NCBI GenBank assembly: GCA_030651065.1
Contig: JAUSCU010000077.1
Span: forward strand, 13,362 to 77,361
Direction of reading: 5' to 3'
DNA length: 64,000 nt
Source of the DNA: Candidatus Omnitrophota bacterium
GTDB lineage: Bacteria; Omnitrophota; Gorgyraeia; 1-14-0-20-64-10
In this document: positions 57,043 to 64,000 of the stretch, piece by piece
Layout of the letters: every line of letters begins with the position of its first letter
How positions within the stretch are numbered: position 1 is the stretch's first letter
Program-made: the position numbers and the translations under genes
The notes under the pieces: generated by a model
Database searches by the model: none
What the model was told of the DNA's origin: nothing
The model's input: only the letters and a program-made list of their open reading frames with translations

Positions 57043-58326
57043 TTAGAACGGGTAAATGACTTCCGCGCTGAGCGTGTCCTGCGTGTTGTCCCTGCTGCTG
57101 CCGGCGTTGAAGACCGCGTCGCTCGCGTGGTCGTGCCGGTATTCCAGCCGGGTGATCAGGTCCTTGTAGACCTTAAACTCGTTGGTGAGCGTGAGTCCCA
57201 AGAGCCCCACCCGCCCTACCCCGTTGTTCGCCCGGACGCCGGTCCGGACGCCGTCGGCATCGTCGAAATACTCCGCCCGCCCTGCCAGCGCGTACCAGTC
57301 GTTCACCTGATACCGCGCGTAGCCGGCCACTCCCTGCCAGGAAGCATCCTCATCGGGTCCTTCCGAAACGGCATCCTGCTCATGACCGTAATCGTAGTTG
57401 AGCTTGAGGCTGAGCTTGTCGGTCGGGTTGTAGCCGAGCACGACATCGAACAGATGCCGTTTATCGCGGTTGTCGCTGTTCTGCTCCGCGCCGTGCAACC
57501 CGGTGACGGAAAGGAAGGTCTTCGGGGTGGGGGTCAAGATCCCCGTCCACTCCACAGTCTTGGCGGTGTTGTTGTCATCCACCACATCCCACCCGTTGTT
57601 CACGCCAAAAACCGTCGTCAGCCAAGACTGCCAGGGATAGCTTACCCGAACACCAGTGTGGGTGAACGGGATCGCGTAACCAAACAGGTAGGAGCGGGAG
57701 AAGTTCCAGTTGTCCTTGGACTCGATCACCTCCGCGCCGTGCAGCGTGACGAACTTTCCGAATTTCACGTTCAAGCCGTTTCCGATCGGCAACAGCGCCT
57801 CGGCGTACATCTGCTGCAGGTCCACCTCATCCGTGGTGGAACCCAGGCCGGTGGTTACCGAACCCACCACCTCGGCATCCTCTCCAAAATCCAGATCAGC
57901 CCGGAACCCCACCGGTGACTCTGAAGAGACCGGCTTCTGCAGCACAATCTCCACCGCGTTCGGCTGGAAGCCGTTGGATTCCGTGTCGAACACCCGCAGG
58001 CTGTTGGCCCGGTTTTCCGGGCTCTGCGTGTTGTAGACATAGGAAGCATCCACGAACCCACTGAGTTGGAGGTTGTGCACCCAGGCCGGGATTTCGGAAG
58101 CTTCGCCTGCCGTGGGGGGAAGCGCCGAACCGGCGGATGCCTGCCGGGCCGATTGCTGCTCCTGGCGGGACAGCCGGTCCTCCAACTGCTTCAGCCGCTC
58201 TTTCAGAACGGCCACTTCGGATTTCAGCGCGGTGGTCTCATCGGCGAGAGCGTGGGACCCGGAAAACGGGACGGAAAGGGAAAGAACCAGGAAAGAGATT
58301 GCTGCTGTTCTGAACCATTGTGTCAT
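57043..58326 (-). CDS. Putative outer-membrane beta-barrel porin with an N-terminal coiled coil
   Basis: A signal peptide and a coiled-coil segment (LKSEVAVLKERLKQLEDRLSRQEQQ) are present. Alternating hydrophobic beta-strand patterns follow, ending in the C-terminal ...AEVIYPF, which carries an aromatic terminal residue. The gene sits upstream of amtB-glnK. Confidence 0.5.
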   Translation of the reverse strand: MTQWFRTAAISFLVLSLSVPFSGSHALADETTALKSEVAVLKERLKQLEDRLSRQEQQSARQASAGSALPPTAGEASEIPAWVHNLQLSGFVDASYVYNTQSPENRANSLRVFDTESNGFQPNAVEIVLQKPVSSESPVGFRADLDFGEDAEVVGSVTTGLGSTTDEVDLQQMYAEALLPIGNGLNVKFGKFVTLHGAEVIESKDNWNFSRSYLFGYAIPFTHTGVRVSYPWQSWLTTVFGVNNGWDVVDDNNTAKTVEWTGILTPTPKTFLSVTGLHGAEQNSDNRDKRHLFDVVLGYNPTDKLSLKLNYDYGHEQDAVSEGPDEDASWQGVAGYARYQVNDWYALAGRAEYFDDADGVRTGVRANNGVGRVGLLGLTLTNEFKVYKDLITRLEYRHDHASDAVFNAGSSRDNTQDTLSAEVIYPF

Positions 58327-58420
58327 CGGGGAGTGAACCTCCTATTTGAAGGAGATTCTACGGAAAGAGATTACCGCGAAATGACCATTACGTTAAATCC
58401 GTGTTACGAGCTGGAGGGGC

Positions 58421-59095
58421 CTAGATCTCTTCGAGGAATTTGTAGCCGACGTTGCGGACGGTATCGATGAGGGCAGCGTACTTCGGGCCCAGTTTGGCGC
58501 GCAGGCGGCGCACATGCACATCTACGGTGCGGGTACCACCAATGAAGTTGTAGCCCCAGACCTGGTTCAAAAGCTGGTCCCGGCTAAAGACCCGGCCCGG
58601 ATGCGTGGCCAGGAATTTCAGAAGCTCGAACTCCTTGTAGGTGAGCTCCAGCGGCTCCTTGTTCAAGAGCACCTCGTAGCGGTCCACGTTGATCTCCAGC
58701 GCGCCGAACCGCTTGCCGGCCCCCGGCACCAGGTGGTTGAGGCGGCCTAAGACAAACCGGATGCGCGCCTCCACCCCCTCCGGCTCGGCCGGAAGGATCA
58801 GGAAGTCTTCCAAACCGGAGGTGATCCCCAGTTCCCGAATCTGCCCCGGATGAATCAGCGCGATCAGCGGCAGTTCCTTGCAGGAGGAATTGCGGCGCAC
58901 CTGCTGAACAAGGCCCTGGAGCCGCTCGGACTGAGGCGCCTCCACCAGCCCGAGCGCGAAGCTGCCCTCCTTCTGGCAGAGCCGTTCCAGATCGCCGGCC
59001 TGGCCGGCCCGAACCTGGAACCCCCGCTTCAGCAGCAGGCTCCGGAGCTTTTGAAGATCTCCGTTCTCCGGCCCGATCAGCAGCAGCGTCTCCAT
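58421..59095 (-). CDS. OmpR/PhoB-type winged-helix regulator with an atypical (non-phosphorylatable) receiver
   Basis: The C-terminal trans_reg_C domain reads FSRDQLLNQVWGYNFIGGTRTVDVHVRRLRAKL. The N-terminal receiver-like fold lacks the acidic pocket and the phospho-Asp: it has LLLIGPENGD instead of DD, and FALGLVEAP at the phospho-Asp position. Confidence 0.55.
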   Translation of the reverse strand: METLLLIGPENGDLQKLRSLLLKRGFQVRAGQAGDLERLCQKEGSFALGLVEAPQSERLQGLVQQVRRNSSCKELPLIALIHPGQIRELGITSGLEDFLILPAEPEGVEARIRFVLGRLNHLVPGAGKRFGALEINVDRYEVLLNKEPLELTYKEFELLKFLATHPGRVFSRDQLLNQVWGYNFIGGTRTVDVHVRRLRAKLGPKYAALIDTVRNVGYKFLEEI

Positions 59096-59101
59096 GAAGC
59101 T

Positions 59102-60742
59102 CTAACCTTCCCTATACTGGTTGGTGATCGGCATCCGGCGGTCCCGCCCGAACGCCAGCGGCGTAATCTTGATACCGGGAGCGGCTTGGCGGCGCTTGTA
59201 TTCACTGGAGTCAATCATCCGAAGCACGCGGCCCACCGAAACGCCGGAAGACCCCCTCCCGCGCCGGATCTCGGAGGCCGGGCGGCGCTCCTCCACGTAG
59301 GCGCGGATGACCGCGTCCAGCTTGGCGTAAGGCGGCAGGACATCCTGGTCCGTCTGGTTGGGCTTTAGCTCCGCGCTGGGTGGGCGCCGCAAAACCGAGT
59401 CGGGGATGACCTTCTTTCCGAAAACACGGTTCGCGTACCGGGAGATCCGGTAGACTTGAGTCTTGGGGACATCTTTGATCACGGCAAATCCGCCCACCAT
59501 GTCGCCGTAGAGCGTGCAGTACCCTGTCGAGATCTCTGATTTGTTCCCGGTGGACAGCACCAGCCAGCCAAACTTGTTGGAGAGGGCCATCAGCAAGGTT
59601 CCCCGGATCCTGGCCTGCAGGTTCTCCTCGGTCGCGTCCGGCTTCGTCCGCCCGATCCCCCTCTCCAGCGTGGAGAGAAAGGTCTGAAAGACCGGCTCGA
59701 TCGGAATCTCCAGGAACCGGATCCCGAGCGCCTTCGCGGCTTTACGGGCGTCCCGTTGGGTCCCCGCCGAGGAATACCTCGACGGCATGGAAACCGCCGT
59801 CACCGACCCACGCCCCAGCGCCGCCACCGCGAGGACCGCTGTGAGAGCCGAGTCCACCCCCCCGCTCATCCCCACCACCACGCGGGAGAAACCGTTCTTG
59901 CTCACGTAATCCCGAAGCCCTAGCACCAGCGCGTGGAAGACCTCTTCCTCCGGCTTCATCGGCCGGGCGGACGGTCCGCTCAAAGAGCGGCAACCGCCGG
60001 CCGACCCGTCCGCGGGAAGCTCCACGATGAACAGGCCTTCCTTAAACTGCGGCGCCTTGAAAACCGTCCGGCCCCGGGGGTCCACCACCATCGATCCGCC
60101 GTCGAAGACCAGCTCATCCTGCCCGCCCACCAAGTTCGTGTAGCAGATCCAGCTGCGGCACTGCCGGGCTCGCCGGGTCAGGATCCTCTCCCGCAGCATC
60201 CATTTCCCCGCGTGATAAGGAGAGGCGGAGAGGTTTACCAGCAGCCGCGCCCCAGAAGCGGCCTCCGTCCGGCAGGGCCCGTCGTCCCTCCAGATGTCTT
60301 CGCAGATGGAGAGCCCCACCCGGACGCCGCCGCAATCGAACAGCAGCGGCTTCTTTCCGGCCGTGAAGTACCGCTTTTCATCGAAAACGCCGTAGTTGGG
60401 AAGCATCATCTTGTGATAGGTGTGGATCAAGCGGCCGTCGCGTAGGACCGCCGCCGCGTTGGTCAGCCGCCCGGAACGGTCCTGATCCGCGAAACCCACC
60501 ACCGCGCAGATCCCCTTACTGAGAGGAACGATCCGGCGCAGCGCCGCTTGGGTTTCCCGGATAAAAGAGGGCTTGAGCAGAAGGTCTTCCGGCGGGTAAC
60601 CGGTCACCGCCAGCTCCGGAAAGAGAACCAGCCCAGCGCCTCTCTTCCGGGCCTGGTCCATGGCGCCGCAAATCTTTTCACGGTTGGCGGCCAGCGCGCC
60701 CACCGTCACGTTGATCTGGGCCATCGCGACCCGGAGCCGCAT
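59102..60742 (-). CDS. nadE: Glutamine-dependent NAD+ synthetase (CN-hydrolase + NAD synthase domains)
   Basis: The chosen start is MRLRVAMAQINVTVG (CN hydrolase). SGGVDS is the P-loop of the C-terminal NAD synthase. The ORF-track N-terminal extension is an unlikely Gly/Arg-rich sequence. Confidence 0.85.
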   Translation of the reverse strand: MRLRVAMAQINVTVGALAANREKICGAMDQARKRGAGLVLFPELAVTGYPPEDLLLKPSFIRETQAALRRIVPLSKGICAVVGFADQDRSGRLTNAAAVLRDGRLIHTYHKMMLPNYGVFDEKRYFTAGKKPLLFDCGGVRVGLSICEDIWRDDGPCRTEAASGARLLVNLSASPYHAGKWMLRERILTRRARQCRSWICYTNLVGGQDELVFDGGSMVVDPRGRTVFKAPQFKEGLFIVELPADGSAGGCRSLSGPSARPMKPEEEVFHALVLGLRDYVSKNGFSRVVVGMSGGVDSALTAVLAVAALGRGSVTAVSMPSRYSSAGTQRDARKAAKALGIRFLEIPIEPVFQTFLSTLERGIGRTKPDATEENLQARIRGTLLMALSNKFGWLVLSTGNKSEISTGYCTLYGDMVGGFAVIKDVPKTQVYRISRYANRVFGKKVIPDSVLRRPPSAELKPNQTDQDVLPPYAKLDAVIRAYVEERRPASEIRRGRGSSGVSVGRVLRMIDSSEYKRRQAAPGIKITPLAFGRDRRMPITNQYREG

Positions 60743-61548
60743 TAGAAGGCCACCATCGCCAGGCCGGCGGCGTCTGCCGCCGCGATCATCTCCGGACGGC
60801 TGAACAGCAACACACGGCCCGCCTCGAGCCCAAGACACCCGGCGCCGGCCTCTTTCATCGCCCGCACCGTCTCCGGGCCGACCACCGGAATGTCGAAACG
60901 CATGTCGTGGTCCGGCTCGCAAGCCTTGGCCACCACGCAGCCGGGGCCGGCCAGCCGGCCGGCCCGGAGGATCGCTTCATCGGTCCCTTCCAACGCTTCC
61001 ACGGCAGCAACCGCCTTCCGCTTGACCACCAGCGTCTGGCCGATCCCCAGTTCCGCCAATTTTCGGGCCAGCTTCATGCCGAACTGGAGGTCCGCCTGCT
61101 CCTCCGCCGAAGGAGCGCGCCGGGTCAGCGTACCCGGCTCGGGAATCCAGTGTTTCAGGAAAGTTCCGGAATGCAGGACCCGAAACCCCTTCGCCTCAAG
61201 GGTTTGGACCGCCATCTTCATCGCGGAGTTGCCGGACCGGTCCGGCATCAGATTCAGCAGCTGCCGGACAACGCCGTCCCACTGCCCTTCCCCTTTGAGC
61301 AACCGCTCCGGGCGAATCTGCCCGGCCAGCAGCAAGTCCCGCACGCCGGCCTCTTTCAGAAGTTCCGGCACGCGGCCGATCTCGGAGAAGGAAATCCAAA
61401 ACATCCGGCTCACTTCCCGCTCCAAGGCCGGATCGGTCTCTTCCTTCAGACCGACCGCCACCACCTCATACCCCTGCGCCTTGGCCGAACGAGCCGCGTG
61501 GATCGGGAACGAGCGATTACCTGCTATGAGTCCGAGTATTATAGCTTT
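60742..61548 (-). CDS. lpxI: UDP-2,3-diacylglucosamine hydrolase LpxI (DUF1009). The start is uncertain.
   Basis: C-terminal LpxI-like motifs (ACEPDHDMRFDIPVVGPETV) are present. The in-frame upstream extension reads ...[34 protein letters not shown], which is typical of an LpxI N-terminus. No ATG, GTG or TTG lies in frame before the overlap with the upstream gene. Confidence 0.55.
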   Translation of the reverse strand, partial: KAIILGLIAGNRSFPIHAARSAKAQGYEVVAVGLKEETDPALEREVSRMFWISFSEIGRVPELLKEAGVRDLLLAGQIRPERLLKGEGQWDGVVRQLLNLMPDRSGNSAMKMAVQTLEAKGFRVLHSGTFLKHWIPEPGTLTRRAPSAEEQADLQFGMKLARKLAELGIGQTLVVKRKAVAAVEALEGTDEAILRAGRLAGPGCVVAKACEPDHDMRFDIPVVGPETVRAMKEAGAGCLGLEAGRVLLFSRPEMIAAADAAGLAMVAF

Positions 61549-62888
61549 TCGTCTCCATCCAGAAGGGCGAACATGAGATCCGCCTCCACAGCCGTTTTTC
61601 CTTCCACGCTGGCGCGCGTGCGCATCATGCCGGTCTTGGCCCGGATTCGCAGGATCTCCGTCTCCAGCATGAGAGTGTCCCCCGGCAGCACGGTTCTCCG
61701 GAACTTCACCTTGTCCATCGCCACGAAATAAGCATACTTGCCCAGATGCTCCGGCTTATTCAGCAGCAACAGGCCCGACAGCTGCGCCAGGGCTTCGATC
61801 ATGAGAACACCCGGCATCACCGGCCGTTTCGGGAAATGGCCCTGGAAGAACGGCTCGTTGATCGTAATGTTCTTCAACCCCACCGCCCTTTTGTCCGGCA
61901 CCAGCTCGGTGACCCGGTCCACCAGCAGAAACGGATAGCGGTGCGGGAGAATCCTCTGGATCGCGTGGATGTCCAGCGATCGGGCCTCCGGCTCTACGTG
62001 CTGCGCCTGGATCCCGCTCTCCTTGCTCCGCTCGATCAGTTGGCGAAGCCGCTGAACGAGCCGGATGTTCAGCGTATGGCCCGACCGGATCGCCAGCACG
62101 TGCCCCTGGATCGGCCGGCCAAGCAGGTAGAGGTCCCCGATCAGGTCCAGCACCTTGTGCCGGACGTGCTCGTCGGGGTAACGCAGGTGGTTGTTCACCA
62201 CCCGGCCGGTGGGTTCGACCACCACCGTGTTCTCGTAGGTGGACCCCTTCCCCAACCCGATCTCGCGCAGGGCTTCCACCTCCTGCGCGAGGCAGAACGT
62301 GCGGGCGGAGGCGATTTCCTTTTCAAACGTGGCCGGCGTTACCTCCGCCGAGAAGAATTGCGCGGTCAGCGTGGGAACGGGATAACTCAAGGTGTAGGAA
62401 ACTCGGAACGTGTCGCCCGGAAAGACCGCCAGCGCCGACGACCCCTCCTCGACCCAGACGGGTTCCCGGATGGGGATCGGCCGGCGAGGAGCCGGCTGCT
62501 CCTGGATGCCGACGCGCCGGAACAGTTCCAGAAACGGGTGGGCCGATCCGTCCATCCCCGGCACCTCCTCGCCGCTGATCTCCACCAGCAGGTTGTCGAT
62601 GCCGCAGCCGAAACAGCTGGCCATCAGGTGCTCAATCGTGTGCACCTCCACCACGCCGTTCCCAACCGAGGTCCGGCGCTGGCGGCGCCCGGCGTCCAGG
62701 ATACTGGGGACCGCCGCGTGAACCGGCGAGGAACCCGCCAGGTCGGTCCGGAGAAAATTGATCCCGCTGTCCGGCGGAGCCGGTTTAAATTCCACCCGTA
62801 CCGTCTTTCCGGTGTGCAGGCCGATCCCTTCAACGCGGACCGGCTTTCGGATCGTCTGCTGCTTGACGACCGAGGGCTCTTCAGCCAC
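61539..62888 (-). CDS. lpxC/fabZ: Bifunctional LpxC (UDP-3-O-acyl-GlcNAc deacetylase) / FabZ (3-hydroxyacyl-ACP dehydratase) fusion
   Basis: The N-terminus [12 protein letters not shown]...HTIEHLMAS matches LpxC. The C-terminus [14 protein letters not shown]...GHFP...[11 protein letters not shown] is the FabZ hot-dog domain. Confidence 0.85.
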   Translation of the reverse strand: MAEEPSVVKQQTIRKPVRVEGIGLHTGKTVRVEFKPAPPDSGINFLRTDLAGSSPVHAAVPSILDAGRRQRRTSVGNGVVEVHTIEHLMASCFGCGIDNLLVEISGEEVPGMDGSAHPFLELFRRVGIQEQPAPRRPIPIREPVWVEEGSSALAVFPGDTFRVSYTLSYPVPTLTAQFFSAEVTPATFEKEIASARTFCLAQEVEALREIGLGKGSTYENTVVVEPTGRVVNNHLRYPDEHVRHKVLDLIGDLYLLGRPIQGHVLAIRSGHTLNIRLVQRLRQLIERSKESGIQAQHVEPEARSLDIHAIQRILPHRYPFLLVDRVTELVPDKRAVGLKNITINEPFFQGHFPKRPVMPGVLMIEALAQLSGLLLLNKPEHLGKYAYFVAMDKVKFRRTVLPGDTLMLETEILRIRAKTGMMRTRASVEGKTAVEADLMFALLDGDEKL

Positions 62889-63936
62889 GGCGGTTCCGCC
62901 TCTTCTTCGCCTTCAAAAGTTTTTCCAGCTCTTCGACTTTCTGATAAAGCTCCGGAAGCTTCTGTAGGACCGCGTGCACCCTCTTGACTCGGGAAATAGG
63001 CCGGGCGGGAAGCCCCCACACACGCGAGCCGGCTGGGATCGACTTGGTCACGCCGGACTGGGCGCCCACCATCACGTTGTCGCCCAGCGTGAGGTGCCCG
63101 GCCACGCCGACCTGCCCCGCCAGCACCACGTTCTTGCCAAGCACCGTGGAACCGGAAATGCCGGACTGCGCCACCAAGATGCAGTTGGGCCCGACCACCA
63201 CGTTGTGGGCGATCTGAACCAGGTTGTCCACCTTCGTCCCCTTGCCGATCACGGTCTTCCCGAACCGGGCCCGGTCGATCGTCACGTTGGCTCCGATCTC
63301 CACGTCATCTTCCACGACCACGGTTCCGGTCTGCGGAATCTTGTGATGGATCCCCTGCACCGTGGCGAACCCGAATCCATCGGAGCCGATTACCGTTCCG
63401 GGATGGACGATGACCCGGTGGCCGATCTCCACCTTCTCGCGAATTGAGACATGGGGATAGATGAGGCAATCATTTCCGATCCGGACGTTCCGGCCCACGG
63501 TGCAGCCGGCGTAGATCACCGTCCGGTCGCCGATCTCGGCGCCGTCCTCGATCACGGCGAACGGCTGAATCGCCACCCCAGCCCCCAGCCGGACCTTCTT
63601 CCCGATCACCGCCTTGGGGCTGATACCCCGCGGGCGCTGCTCCAGGTCCGGATTGGCCAGGGACGCCAGTTTAGAAAACGCGAGTGAGGGATCTTCAGTC
63701 TGGATGATCGGAAGCGGAGCGGAATGGATTTGCCTGGAGGTGAGAACCGCCGAGGCCCGGGTGCTTTCCAGCAGAGGCAGGTACTTCGAGTTCGCGATAA
63801 AGGTCAAGTGGCCGCGCCCCGCCTCCTTGATCCCGCAGAGACCGGTGATCCGAGTCTCCCCGTCCCCCACCACCGTGCCGCCCACCCACCGGGCGACCTC
63901 CGCCAGGCGCCGCGGGAAAAGCCCGTTGCGTTTCAC
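62881..63936 (-). CDS. lpxD: UDP-3-O-acylglucosamine N-acyltransferase
   Basis: A left-handed beta-helix of hexapeptide repeats is present, with the LpxD N-terminal region [22 protein letters not shown]. Confidence 0.85.
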   Translation of the reverse strand: MKRNGLFPRRLAEVARWVGGTVVGDGETRITGLCGIKEAGRGHLTFIANSKYLPLLESTRASAVLTSRQIHSAPLPIIQTEDPSLAFSKLASLANPDLEQRPRGISPKAVIGKKVRLGAGVAIQPFAVIEDGAEIGDRTVIYAGCTVGRNVRIGNDCLIYPHVSIREKVEIGHRVIVHPGTVIGSDGFGFATVQGIHHKIPQTGTVVVEDDVEIGANVTIDRARFGKTVIGKGTKVDNLVQIAHNVVVGPNCILVAQSGISGSTVLGKNVVLAGQVGVAGHLTLGDNVMVGAQSGVTKSIPAGSRVWGLPARPISRVKRVHAVLQKLPELYQKVEELEKLLKAKKRRNRRG

Positions 63937-63940
63937 CTGC

Positions 63941-64000
63941 TCTTCCCGGCGCGCCCGTTCAGGATGGTGATCACCTCCTGCGTCAGGTCAATCGTGTCGG
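63941..64000 (-). CDS. 3' end of an unidentified upstream gene (partial)
   Basis: An open frame ends ...[21 protein letters not shown]-stop just upstream of lpxD. Its identity is unknown; a Skp/OmpH-like position in the lpxD cluster is possible. Confidence 0.25.

Overview
This is a high-GC segment of a diderm (Gram-negative-type) bacterial chromosome; most of the window is roughly 60-65% GC, and most genes lie on the minus strand. Reading left to right, the window holds the following.

(1) A sulfate-activation cluster: a partial FNR-like reductase, a cysN whose C-terminal APS-kinase-like domain is degenerate, and cysD.

(2) Two tandem paralogous lipoproteins, then an ECF sigma factor, an anti-sigma factor and a Spy/CpxP-like periplasmic protein, reading straight into a MacA-MacB-TolC efflux operon. 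A duplicated ECF-type promoter motif sits in front of this unit and again at the sigma/anti-sigma junction.

(3) Housekeeping genes: SRPBCC, YceI, a DEAD-box helicase, DoxX and small zinc-ribbon proteins.

(4) tRNA-Asn(GTT) at about 13.99 kb, with an integrated island of about 10.7 kb that is richer in AT inserted into its 3' half. The island carries a large serine recombinase, a DUF262-HNH nuclease paired with an N6-adenine methyltransferase, a tyrosine integrase with HTH proteins, and three iteron-like repeats phased 20 bp apart. It also carries a tightly packed plus-strand operon (an AbiJ-NTD-like protein, a 2-TM membrane protein, a HEPN protein and a SIR2-like NADase) that I consider a candidate undescribed abortive-infection/defence module.

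(5) To the right of the island: a 41-bp hairpin repeat pair, DUF1328 and Yip1 membrane proteins, an LpxL-like acyltransferase, RNase D, a PilZ protein, PEP carboxylase, recR and dnaX. Next come tRNA-Ser(GCT) and tRNA-Arg(GCG) with a duplicate of the tRNA-Arg 3' end that looks like an att scar. A c-di-GMP block follows (a PilZ-PilT fusion ATPase, a cupredoxin-like protein and a sensor GGDEF cyclase), then tRNA-Ser(GGA), tRNA-Ser(CGA) and tRNA-Ser(TGA) next to serS, then tRNA-Lys. After these come frr-pyrH-tsf-rpsB, an msbA-like exporter and lpxB. A nitrogen block follows: two tandem glnA genes, glnK-amtB, an OM porin, an atypical OmpR-type regulator and nadE. The window ends with lpxI, an lpxC/fabZ fusion, and lpxD.

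I saw no rRNA gene and no CRISPR array.
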